Shown: positions 20,869 through 30,888 of the stretch, one piece after another
Layout of the letters: each line of letters starts with the position of its first letter
Numbering within the stretch: position 1 is the first letter of the stretch
The notes under the pieces: model-generated
The model's database searches: none
Told to the model about the DNA's origin: nothing
Seen by the model: only the letters and a program-made list of their open reading frames with translations
Source of the DNA: an uncultured Planctomycetaceae bacterium
Lineage (GTDB): Bacteria > Planctomycetota > Planctomycetia > Planctomycetales > Planctomycetaceae
NCBI GenBank assembly: GCA_963813715.1
Contig: CAWFAK010000008.1
Span: 160,001-224,000 of the forward strand
DNA: 64,000 nucleotides
Direction: 5' to 3'
Position numbers and translations under genes: made by a program

Positions 20869-22260
20869 CTAGGTTAAGGAGTCGCCTCCGAATTCAGCCG
20901 ACGGTGGCACCGATTCCGGTGGACCTTCAAGTAGATCGTTCCAAGCCGGACGCCGTTTCTTCTTTCGTGGTTCCTGCCGCCCCGGACGATTGCCAACGCG
21001 GTGGGCTGCGACGGTCGTCAGGAAAGCAGAGTACAACGCCTCGCTTCCGCTTGCAGCCATCATCGCGGGCGTGAACGATTCGACGGCCTGCATCGCGCCC
21101 TTCACGCTCAACTGTCGCGGGGTGGTCCCGGTTCGCTTCGCCGACTCCGTCATTGTTCCGCGAAGTAAATTGTAGGCAAGCAAGTGGGCGAAGATTTCCT
21201 TCGTCACCATGTCGGGATTCTTGCAGCGGAGCACGTCGAGGTGCATCGACTGCTTGAGCGAACGCAGGTCTAGTTCACAATTCCACCGACGCCAGTACAG
21301 GTCGGATAATTCCTTTTGCGGGATCGACGGGTCGGTAATCGTGCTGATGACGATCGCCTTTTCGGTGCCGCCGCTGCGTCCCTCTATGTCTATCATGAAT
21401 TCGCGGACCAGCACCGTCTCCGGCATCTGAGTCGAAGGCCTCGCGGTCTGCCTTGTGATGGCATCGCGGCTTGTGCCATTCGACGATATGGTCATTCTCC
21501 CCAAGCCGAAATCCCTCGCTGAAATCGACCGTGCGGTTGCTGGTGGCTGACAGACACCATGTCGATGCCCCGCTGAGCGAGAGCGGCGACCGTGGAATAC
21601 GACGGATAGAAGCGATCGGCTACAAGAATGTTGCCCCGCTGCATCGTGTCGAGCATGCCGCGGAGAAGAGCCCCCTCGCCGGTCCCTTTGCCTTCGTGTG
21701 CTGCGAAAGCGAAATCGACGACCGCCCCCGTCGGCCAGACGAAATCATCGCCACGGCCCGCATGACCGGAAACCCGACGCCCTTTGCGTTGATGGACTTC
21801 GACTCTGTGGGAACGCCAATTGATTCTCAGGCGTGTCGGGCATCGAGAGGCCCGTGCCGTCAACCAGGAACACCTCCCGATCCCGCCAGTGCCACGAATC
21901 GTCGGCGGAGTCATGGACGTTGCGGCCGATCTCTTTCGCCAGCCGAACCATGACCGGCAACGGGAAGCGACTGCGGGCATCGCTGTAGCTGGCAGACGAT
22001 GCCGAGCAAGCGGGCAGGCCAGTTGCAACACGGTGGGCAAGGATGCGGGACACCGCCTCATTCAGCGATTTGTCCTGAGAGAGGCACTGTGACAGCCAAG
22101 CCCAAAGTGTGACCAGCGGGCAAAAGACACGCTGGCGATATTCGTGGCCCTCAGCCTCAAGCGATCGCAGGACGTGCTCGCGAGTCAGGATACGCCCGAA
22201 TGGCAAGCCGCTGTCGTTGGCGAATTTATCCCTGACGACGCCGAAGTCTTTGCGGGGCAT
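20869..22260 (-). CDS. IS4-family DDE transposase (frameshifted)
   Basis: RQRVFCPLVTLW N-terminus, LVDGT, LVADRFY, and the Y-x2-R-x3-E-x6-K signature YWRRWNCELDLRSLK; the frame ends inside the left TIR. Confidence 0.92.
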
Positions 22261-22402
22261 TGTGGGTCCGCTTTCCCGTCGATGGGGCGAACCGCGTAGA
22301 ATCGTAGCTTGTCAGGGCTGGATTCTGGCGATTCGCCTGGTTTCTGTGTTCTCGCCCCGGTTGGATTGGCGTCCTTCCGGGGTTTTCTATTTCGCTCGAT
22401 TT

Positions 22403-22478
22403 ATTGTACGGACAACAATTAGGTCATGCAAGGGAAAAGCGGTTGACACGCCGATTTTTTGTCCGTATTATTGTACGG
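22403..22478. promoter_or_regulatory. Back-to-back sigma70-type promoters with a shared operator-like motif
   Basis: Minus strand TTGCAT-N17-TACAAT (22431..22403) toward the transposase; plus strand TTGACA-N17-TATTAT (22443-22471) toward the RHH gene; TTGTCCGTA runs into both -10 boxes. Confidence 0.8.
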
Positions 22479-22667
22479 ATGAAAAAGAAGCGGGGGCGAC
22501 CACCCCTGCCGGAGAATCGGCGCAAGGGGGAGCGGATAGAGTTTCGGGCCGAGCCAAACGAGCGGGAAGCTTATGAGGCTGCCGCAAAGGCCGCGGGCCT
22601 GGAGCGCTCAGAATGGATGCGTGACCGACTTAATGCGGCCGTTCGCCGAGAATCAAAGAAGCCCTGA
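22479..22667 (+). CDS. Small ribbon-helix-helix-like DNA-binding protein (62 aa)
   Basis: MKKKRGRPP...RIEFR...EREAYEAAAKAAGLERSEWMRDRL, MobC/CopG-like pattern; ATG 7 nt after the -10 box. Confidence 0.75.
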   Translation: MKKKRGRPPLPENRRKGERIEFRAEPNEREAYEAAAKAAGLERSEWMRDRLNAAVRRESKKP

Positions 22668-23031
22668 ACGGCACTATCGGGAATCCACTTTCTTGTAGTA
22701 GGATCAACAGAATGGACGTGTCGGGAGTTGGACCCGAAACCGAATGCTTATAAGGCGACGGTCCCACCTGGCACGCCCGAGGACGGCGAATTGGAGGAGA
22801 CGGGGTACGATCCCGTAACCGCGGATTTAAAGTCCGTTGCTTTGCCGATTAAGCTACTCCCCCCTTTGCCGTTGCTCATCCACCCCGGACCAGCGGGTAC
22901 GATCCGCTGGTCCGGGGGGATTGACAAACTGAGCACTGGGCAAAGTCTTCCCAGACAACCCAAAGCACCTAGGATCTTATAGGCACTTCGCAAATCTTTG
23001 CCAGCAAAGGACTTCCAATCACCTTGCCGAC

Positions 23032-23051
23032 AACGGTATCATGATACCGTT
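23032..23051. promoter_or_regulatory. Perfect 20-bp palindrome (operator candidate)
   Basis: AACGGTATCATGATACCGTT, about 40 bp upstream of the ATPase start. Confidence 0.6.
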
Positions 23052-23089
23052 ATTTACTGGTCGGTCAATACCGGAATTTTCCGGAGGGG

Positions 23090-24548
23090 GTGATCGGAGT
23101 GGACTTTCAGCCGCTAATCGCGCCGTACTCGCCTTGGCGCCAGCCGGAAAGCGAACGGATCTGGGACACCGAAGTGCCCAAATTCCGCCGGCCAATTTTT
23201 TCGCAGCTCAAAGAGGATCTGCAGTCAATCGAGCAAATCGTGTCGATCACCGGACCGCGACGCGTCGGAAAATCGACCCTGTTGCGCCAGCTGATTCAGT
23301 ACCTGCTCGCGGAAAAGCAGGTGGATCCGTCGCAGATCATCTACTACCAGTTCGATGATCCGGCCCTGTTCCGGAAGGGGGTGAACGGCGGGGATTTGCT
23401 CGAAAGCATGATGGAGCACCTGTGTCGAGCCAAGGCCCGCCCTGCCTATCTGTTTCTCGACGAAATCCAGACGCTGGACCGTTGGGAGCTTTATCTCAAG
23501 AAATTCTACGACCTGAAGTATCCGGTCCGCATGGTCGTGTCTGGCTCCGCGTCCAGCCCGATCTTCAAGAAGAGCCGCGAGAGCCTTCTGGGCCGAGTGA
23601 AGGATTATCGCGTACTGCCGTTCTCGTTCAGGGAATATTTGCTCCATGAACTGGAACCGTCGAGCCCGGCAATCTTGGAAGAAATGAAGGGCATCTATGA
23701 GGCTGGCGAAACCTTAAAGGGAATGTTGGTCCGGCATCCTGAGCACATCGACAGGCCATCGGCCCAAGTCCCCAGAATGTCCGAAGACCTGTGGCACCGA
23801 TCACAGGAGGCCCTGAAAACCTATTTGGTTGACGGAGGCTTTCCTGAAGTGTCAGCGCTTCAGACTAGCGACAAAAAGATTGAATACCTCTTTGAGAACC
23901 AGGTTAAAAAGGTCATTTTTGAAGACCTCGTTCTCGCAACCGAGTTTAGGAAGCCCGAACAGCTCAAAACGTTCTACGTGTCCCTTCTCGAAAAACCCGG
24001 ACAAGAGGTGAATCTAACATCACTGTCTCAGGACATTGGCGTCAATGTGCAGCAAATTGAGAAATACTTGCCCTTGCTCGAAATGACCGATCTGATCGGC
24101 CATGCGAGCAAATTTCGGCGATCGCCCATGCGTGTCCGGCAGGGCAACAGAAAGTACTATCTGACGGACTTGGCGCTCGAGAAACGCCGTCTTACGGATC
24201 GGACCGGAACTGCTGGAGAGCGACGAAATTCTCTCGATGTACGCCGAAAACCTCGTTTTTAATGCCCTGAAGAAATGGGTTGGGCCCATCGAAGTGGACT
24301 ATTATCGAGAGAACCAATACGAAGTCGACTTCATCGCTCACACGCGGATTTCGCTCTACTTCCCGATCGAAGTCAAATACCGCCGCTCTTGGGACAGGCG
24401 CGACCTAAAGGGCCTTCAGCACTTCAGGACTAGGAACCCATGCCACATGCCCTTTGTCGTGACACGAGATCACGACGATTTTGGATTCGAGGAAGATTCA
24501 AAAGTCGTTCGCGTTCCGCTGCTCTTGTTTCTTCTGATGTTCGACTGA
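23090..24548 (+). CDS. AAA+ ATPase, AAA_14/DUF4143-type, with C-terminal PD-(D/E)xK-like motif (frameshift near 24180)
   Basis: Walker A GPRRVGKS, Walker B LFLDEIQ, SGSAS, ESLLGR...PFSFREY, YLVDGGFPE, KYYLTD, EVDF...PIEVK. Confidence 0.88.
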
Positions 24549-25003
24549 TTCACGCATGAACGCCCCCAATAATGGAGGCGACTCCTTAACCTAGTGCCAT
24601 TCCCTTGTGAAAGTAGTTGACCAGACCACAGGGGGTTGGGATGACATTTCGCTCATGTCGCTCGGCACCCGGCACCACGACGGGCGTCCTGCGCAACGCG
24701 AGTGCCGGTCGTGCGAAGCCGCCACGCAGATCGTCCATCTGCGGATCTTCCGCGGTGCAAGAAAACCTGCTCTCTCCATTCAGCCACAGCAGGCCAATTC
24801 AAACAAGATCAGTTTTCTACGCCGGGGCCGTTGCGCGAAATAAAGGGTCTCTATTTGCGATCCGCCTGCGCGAGCACCCTCTTGTTTGGCAACCGAGTCT
24901 CGCCCAGAATGGCTCGCGTCAGCCGCAAGCCTCTCACCCTGCTGCGGCGCTCTCCAAACGGGGCGAAGGAGTCCTTTCACACGGCCTGATTTGGGCGATT
25001 GCC

Positions 25004-26446
25004 ATGAGCTACGACCTGATCTTCGCCAAGCCGATTGCCACAATTCCCAAAGAGCAAGAGGACGAAGTCTTCCGGGCTCTAACAAAGGACAATCCCGGCG
25101 GCCTGTTTGAGCCGCTGCCCCTCGAAAAGATCAACCAGGCTCTCATCGAACTCTTCGAAGACTTCGAGCCCGCGACCGGCACGGGCATCGAGGACGGCAA
25201 CGGCTCGGCCGAAGTCGGGCATTCGGCCTACTATTTCTGGTTCAGTTTTTACGGCGACATCGACGAGATGACGGACCGGATCGTCGAAATCTTTCGGCGG
25301 TTCGACTGCCCGGTCTTCGATCCGCAGTGCAACGGACTGCAGCCGCTCGATAATCCGTGGGGCCGGCCGCCCGGGAGCGGCGCTCTCGGATCCGGATTTC
25401 AGAAGGCGTTCGCCCGCGAGCTGGAGAAAGTGCAAGCACAGGTCGCCGCGCAAAAGCCGGAAGTGCGCGAGACGCTCGAACGCGAGTTGGCCGATCTTCA
25501 AGAGAAAGCCGCCGTCCTGAAGAAAAAACAAGACGAGAGCCGCGCCAAAGCCGCCGCTGCTCGCCAGGCGGAAGAGCAGAAGCGCGAAGCGGCGGATCGC
25601 AAGGCGAATCCAAAGCAGTATGAACTCATCGCGCAAATCGAGCAGGAGTGCGCCGGCGGCCGTTGGCAACGCCTGGGGATGACCGCGAAGCATTGCGGCG
25701 AGACGATCTACTATTCCCCTCAGCTGACGTCGGAAAGCGAGCACCGTTCCTCGCTGCCGATCACCGCGAGTCGACGACTCGTGGAGCTGAAGTTCCTCGA
25801 AGCCATCCCGTCGAGCCAGCCGAGTTACGACTCAGTTGCGGTCGCCCGACGAACCGCGGCGATGGCGGTGAACTACTTCTTCGGGGACTGGGAGGAAACC
25901 ATCCCGCGAAGAACGCTCCTGGGGATGAAGTTCGACAAAGTCCCTCTGACAAAAGAGAAAATGCGCAAGGCGTCGAATTGGATCGAGCCCTATCGGGAAG
26001 GCTTGCTGTTGGCGCTCTATGCCGATGACGAGCCGTCGTTTCAAAGGCTGATCCAGTGGCCCGACACCGACCTGCCGGTCGACGACGGGATCTGGAACCT
26101 GACCGCGGCCGACAACCAGGCTCACATCGCGCTGGCGGCGATCTTGCGCGGAGAGCCGAAGGCGAAGGTCGACCAGCTCATCACGGCCCCTCTCAGGAGC
26201 GGTCGCAAACGAGCGGTCGCCTTCGCGTCGGCTGCGCGGGCCTTCGCCGATGACGACGCCGCGGCCTTCGCGAAGTCTCTGAAGGAACTGAGCAATTTGT
26301 ATCTCAAGAAGCCGCCGCTCCTCGTGAACGCTCAGCGTCCCGAACTGCACGTGGACGGATCCCTTCTCTGGCACCTCGGTCTGCGCAAGAAGTTCGCGCT
26401 GCCCGAGCTTCCGGAACGGAATCTCGATTTGATCCTCCGCCGTTGA
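25004..26446 (+). CDS. Hypothetical protein (two domains joined by a coiled coil)
   Basis: Long ORF with natural composition from MSYDLIF; charged helical linker in the middle. Confidence 0.7.
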   Translation: MSYDLIFAKPIATIPKEQEDEVFRALTKDNPGGLFEPLPLEKINQALIELFEDFEPATGTGIEDGNGSAEVGHSAYYFWFSFYGDIDEMTDRIVEIFRRFDCPVFDPQCNGLQPLDNPWGRPPGSGALGSGFQKAFARELEKVQAQVAAQKPEVRETLERELADLQEKAAVLKKKQDESRAKAAAARQAEEQKREAADRKANPKQYELIAQIEQECAGGRWQRLGMTAKHCGETIYYSPQLTSESEHRSSLPITASRRLVELKFLEAIPSSQPSYDSVAVARRTAAMAVNYFFGDWEETIPRRTLLGMKFDKVPLTKEKMRKASNWIEPYREGLLLALYADDEPSFQRLIQWPDTDLPVDDGIWNLTAADNQAHIALAAILRGEPKAKVDQLITAPLRSGRKRAVAFASAARAFADDDAAAFAKSLKELSNLYLKKPPLLVNAQRPELHVDGSLLWHLGLRKKFALPELPERNLDLILRR

Positions 26447-26516
26447 GTGGCGCTGCCGCTTGCGGGGCGGCGGTTCACCCGCAAACGGCCGCACGTTTTG
26501 AGCGACAGAGAGAAAT

Positions 26517-26963
26517 TCAGGCCGCTGTCGATTCGAGCAGTTTTTTCAGATTGGCGGCCGCGTGTCGGGTTTGCTTCCCGACGCCCAGTCGGATGAGCGG
26601 GGAGAACAGTTTTGCCATGACAGTCTTGGTCGTGATTTCGATGGCGTGCAGCGTCTGTGCACCCTCGGGCGCCGGCGCAACGCGCAAGTCCACGGACACG
26701 TCGAACATGGCGTCAAAATACTTGCAGTGGAGCCGCTCGCCCGGAGTGCGTGCGACGATTTGTCCGTCCATCGAGGCTTGCCGGCTGCCTTGCCGATAGA
26801 CGTAGCGCAACTTGTCGCCGGGCGCATTTGGCCCGGAGCCCACCTTCTCCAGGCTCACACACGGAGGCAACCATTTCGCCGTGAGCGGCAGGTCATCGAT
26901 GGCCGCAAAAGCCCGCGCCGGCGTGGTGTGGACGACAACCGAGTGTTCATAACGAATGGGCAT
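26517..26963 (-). CDS. SRPBCC (START/polyketide cyclase) family protein
   Basis: HSVVVHTTPARAFAAIDD...KWLP N-terminus and C-terminal ANLKKLLES helix. Confidence 0.8.
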   Translation of the reverse strand: MPIRYEHSVVVHTTPARAFAAIDDLPLTAKWLPPCVSLEKVGSGPNAPGDKLRYVYRQGSRQASMDGQIVARTPGERLHCKYFDAMFDVSVDLRVAPAPEGAQTLHAIEITTKTVMAKLFSPLIRLGVGKQTRHAAANLKKLLESTAA

Positions 26964-27020
26964 GAAAGACCTCGAAGTAACGTTCCCGAATTCCGCTCGA
27001 ACTCGATCGCCGCGCCCGCC

Positions 27021-27053
27021 CGACGATACTCAGGAGGCGATCTCCGAGCAACG
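27021..27053 (-). promoter_or_regulatory. Promoter motif, copy 1 (upstream of SRPBCC gene)
   Basis: TTGCTC-N17-TATCGT on the minus strand; 29/33 identical to 30622-30654. Confidence 0.65.
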
Positions 27054-27255
27054 AAGCGCCCCGCGACAATTCTCTCCGGGAACGGCGTTCTCCCGTCCCT
27101 CGCCGCCATTCTTCGTGCGCCGCCGACCTTCTTGCATCGTCTGGCCGCCGGGGCCGCGCTTGGCCGACTCACGGCGGACTCGCGGGCCGCGACCACACTC
27201 AAAAGTGAAACGGTCCGGACCGTTTAGAACGATCCGAACCGTGCGGTCGACGAGG

Positions 27256-27332
27256 TGCGGGCGAGAGGAAGCGAACCTGCACTCGCAAAAAGAGGGAACA
27301 GGACCCTCAATCCTGCGCGTGTGCCAATTCCG
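27256..27332 (-). pseudogene. Degenerate tRNA-Leu(GAG) copy lacking the first 10 nt
   Basis: Aligns to 34110-34185 (gggaacaggaccctcaatcctgcgcgt..gccaattccg); T arm mutated. Confidence 0.88.
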
Positions 27333-27877
27333 AATCCTTGGATCGCGGTTTCACGCACGTCCAGATTGTCGTCGCGTGGTGCCGGCTCGTAGTCACGGGT
27401 TGATCGCCGCTCTGCGGATTCCGGGGTGGATCGACTCGCGGGCGGGGCGACGAAATTCCCGATGGTGCGTCGTTCGAAAAACTTTGGAATCGCGACCCAG
27501 TTTTCCCATTTTTTGTTTGAAACTCGCGGCACGCCCCGCAAGAATCGTCTCACCATCTCACCTTGCAAGCCCCATGAAGGTTTGCGCCGCTCGATGTCTG
27601 CATCGGAGCGAGCAGGCGTTGCCTTTGTTGCGGTCAGTACTTCGAGGTCCCGCGCACGGCATCGACGCACGCGGACTTCAACGAGTTAATTACGGATTCG
27701 CTCAAGGTTGAGTTCGAAGGCCATTTGTGCCTTCTGTCGCTGGATGTGCACGTCGATCGGGATTAATACGACCCGAGCTTGACCGTTTACGCGCCGTAAC
27801 ATCGAAAACAGGAGTGCGACACGACACCTGCAGCAAACCGCGTCGATTGACATGGGTGTTTTCAAAAGGGCCCAACA

Positions 27878-29649
27878 ATGCAGAGTCGTCCTCGTGCCTG
27901 GTTTCGTCGTCAATTTCGTTGCAGCTCGGTTTCCAGCCGACGGCGTCGTGGCTGCACCGATACGGCCATCGGAGCGATTGAGCCGTTGGAAGAGCGCACA
28001 TTGCTGACCTGGACGCCATTGGCAAATATGGCTCCCGCCCAAATCTCGACCATGCTGCTCCTGAGCAATGGAACGGTGATGTCTCAGTTTGGAACCGATC
28101 AACCCTCGACCGCGTGGTACTCGCTTACGCCCACGAACGGCAGTTACCAGCAGGGCAAATGGGGAAATCTCGCGTCGATGAGCCTCGGGCGGTTGTTTTA
28201 TCCGTCGAATGTCCTCACGGACGGCCGCGTGCTCGTCGCTGGAGGTGAAGACACGTCGACCGGCAGTGGGCAAAACACAGGTGAGATTTACAATCCGGTG
28301 ACCAATTCGTGGTCCTCGATTTCGGTTTTTCCGCAAAATGCCATCGCGGACGACCCAAGCGAAACACTGCCCAATGGCTCCGTGCTCTTCGGCTTTGACG
28401 GCGGCCCGCAGACCTATATTTACAATCCGTCCAGCAACGCCTGGACGAATGGCGGGACGAAGTTGTACGGCGACTGGAGCGATGAGGAGACTTACCTGAA
28501 ATTGCCGGACGGCAGCATCCTCACGTATGACATCTGGTCGAGCATCGGATCGGGCGTGGCCACCGCGAGCGCTACATTCCCTCAACGAATTCGTGGGTGG
28601 CGGCCGGTACACTTCCCTCATTGCTGAGCACCGACTACGAACTCGGCCCGGCATTCTTATTACAGAATGGGCAAGGGTTCTATATCGGCTCAAACGGCAA
28701 AACAGCCTTGTACAATCCCTCCACCAACTCGTGGAAGGCCGGGCCGTCGATGCCGGACGGAGGCGCGGCCGGGGATGTTCCGGGCGCCGAATTGCCAGAC
28801 GGCAACGTGATTTTTGCCGGCACGGTCCCGAATGCCAACGCGCTGTTTGAATACCACTGGCAGTCGAACACCATCACCCTGCTCAGCACTCCTCCCGAAT
28901 TGACTTCGGCCTTGAACCAGCAAGCTCCATTCGTCTTTCGCATGCTGGATTTGCCTTCGGGGCGGATCCTCTTCACCGCGGATTCCACTCAGCTCTGGCT
29001 CTATGACGAGTCGCAGAATTCCAACGAACCGGCGCCCGTGGTGAAGAGCATCACAAACAACGGCAATGGGCTCTACACGCTCGCCGGGACGGGATTGAAT
29101 GGCATCAGCGAGGGGGCGGGTTATGGCGACGACGCCGAGATGTCGACCAATTACCCGATCATCGAGCTGACCACGCAGTCGAATTCCAACTTCTACTTCG
29201 CGCGCACGTTCAACTGGAGCTCCACAGGTGTCGCGACCGGTCGAACACCCGAAACTGTGAACTTCACTCTTCCCGCCGGCATCCCGAACGGTAACTACGT
29301 CTTGACCGTCATTGCCAGCGGCATTGGCTCCTACGGCACTGATTTCCGCGTGGGGAATGGACCGTCTGTTGTCTCAGCGGCGGCAGGAACGCTGGTCACG
29401 AGCCCGCCGACTCCCGCGGTAAGTGCGTCTGGGTGCCGCTCTGACACCGTCAGCGGTCAACGGCGCTCCGCGGCAGTCGCCAATCCCACAACGAACGAGG
29501 TCGTTGTCAACGCAAATCAAGCCGTCGTCGTCAATCCGGTCTCTTCTGATCCACAACCGGCGGCGCACACTTCCACGTCGACTGCCGCTGACAAACCCGA
29601 GGAGATCGACGCGGTCTTCGCGGCCGGCCCGTTTCCCGACTTGCTCTGA
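27878..29649 (+). CDS. LEPR-XLL extracellular protein with Kelch-like beta-propeller repeats (frameshift near 28590)
   Basis: IEPLEERTLL motif; repeats LTDGRVLVAGG, YNPVTNSW, LPDGNVIF; C-terminal IDAVF. Confidence 0.8.
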
Positions 29650-29765
29650 TTGCTCGGATTAGTCTTCACGAGGCGAGATCCAGTTTTCTTAGAGCAGGCT
29701 GTGCCGGCCGTCAAATTCTGGTAGCGCGACCAACGAGTTCCGTCCCGAGACGGCAGGCACACCGA

Positions 29766-29901
29766 GACGGCGCAAACAAAACGGCCCGGAACGCTCGCGG
29801 CGTTCCGGGCCGGGGTTTTTGTAAGTTGCGGACGAAGGGGTCGAACCTTCACTCCCCAAAGAGAGAACCGGACCCTCAATCCTGCGCCCGCGCCAATTCC
29901 G
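29766..29901 (-). pseudogene. Degenerate tRNA-Leu(GAG) copy (29827-29901) plus its downstream terminator
   Basis: Aligns to 34050-34185 including the cggcccgga...tccgggccg hairpin; stops at the same base as the 27256-27332 copy. Confidence 0.9.
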
Positions 29902-30061
29902 AATCCTTGGACCGCGGCTGCACGTGCCCAAATCGTGCCGTTCGTAGCATGCTCCCCGCTCGTAGCCGCAGGTCGATCGACCCGCCTCGGATTCCGGCGC
30001 GGATCGATTCGCGCGAATTCGTCGAGCTCTGTCGAGCCAAGTGCTTCGGGCGGTTCGCGTC

Positions 30062-30559
30062 TCAGCGATTGGGATCGGCCGTGGTCATCCACTCGATCAC
30101 GCTGCTCTTGGGCAACGGCGTCACGCCGAGTTGGCGGAACATGTTGAGGCATTGCGCACGGTGATGCATGCCGTGCGTCGCCACATGGGTGATGACCCCG
30201 CCGCGGCTCAAGAGCAGCGTCACACCGTCACGACGTTGCCGCGTGACCGTCTCGTCGAGCGGATAGGTCCGCGCGCTGGCCAGGAGATCGGCGCTCAGCT
30301 CATCCAGCAGGGCGAGCAGCTCGGTCGTCGAGCGTGTTGATCCCTCGAGCCGCGGCCGCTGTTCGCGACCGGCCAGCAGATCGCCCCACACGCGCATCGC
30401 GGCCAGGATGTGCGTCGTCGTGTCGTGCAACGAGCCGGGCCCCATGTCGAACCGGTGGTGAAATTGTTCGGGCGTGAGTGCCGCGCAAGCCTCGATGATG
30501 TTCCGCGTTGCCCAATGGTCGTGAGCGAGCATGATTTCGACGGGGTTGCTGGTCGGCAT
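30062..30559 (-). CDS. DinB family protein
   Basis: HDHWAT, GSLHDTTTHI, HVATHGMHHRAQ metal-binding His pattern. Confidence 0.88.
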   Translation of the reverse strand: MPTSNPVEIMLAHDHWATRNIIEACAALTPEQFHHRFDMGPGSLHDTTTHILAAMRVWGDLLAGREQRPRLEGSTRSTTELLALLDELSADLLASARTYPLDETVTRQRRDGVTLLLSRGGVITHVATHGMHHRAQCLNMFRQLGVTPLPKSSVIEWMTTADPNR

Positions 30560-30621
30560 CGCAGTTCACTCCACGTGGTCATCTGCTGTCTTTGCGAGAA
30601 AGTCCCTCGAAGATTACGAGC

Positions 30622-30654
30622 GACGATACTCAGGACACAATCTCTGAGCAACGC
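30622..30654 (-). promoter_or_regulatory. Promoter motif, copy 2 (upstream of DinB gene)
   Basis: TTGCTC-N17-TATCGT with CTCAG...CTGAG dyad. Confidence 0.65.
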
Positions 30655-30888
30655 GGCGAGAAATAAAGGGGACGTTGCCGCCAGATTCGCCCTCATCGCC
30701 CGGATTCTGAAGGCCAACGAGTGCGAGCTCAATCGTGCGCCGCGACGCCCGGTCTCATCCAACGTCCTACATCGGACCGACGGACCGGCGAAACTACTGG
30801 GAGTTGACGCACCGCTTTACCTCGCAATTGACCGCTCGCTCTGTGGCACCCTAGGATGAGGTGTCCTCACCTGCGGAGCGACAGTCAG

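Larger units (their letters stand above)
20861..24602. mobile_element. IS4-family insertion element carrying passenger genes (transporter IS), 3,742 bp
   Basis: Perfect 29-bp TIRs gaatggcactaggttaaggagtcgcctcc (20861-20889; reverse complement at 24574-24602); 11-bp direct repeat ccttgtgaaag at 20850-20860 and 24603-24613. Confidence 0.95.

Noticed and set aside
21745..21790. Programmed frameshifting in the transposase
   Set aside because: Several shifts with no clear slippery site, against a window-wide background of indels
22728..22982. 84-aa ORF inside the IS
   Set aside because: TTG start, no recognisable motif; cannot be supported as a gene
20841..24660. The reconstructed empty site GTCAACTAC...GTTGACCAGACCAC resembles the 5' end of HEARO/omega-RNA loci
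   Set aside because: No IscB/IsrB/TnpB ORF, no IS200/605 end hairpin and no further recognisable motifs; an Rfam scan would be needed
27256..29901. Extra functional tRNA-Leu genes
   Set aside because: Both copies lack the 5' acceptor strand and carry stem-disrupting changes
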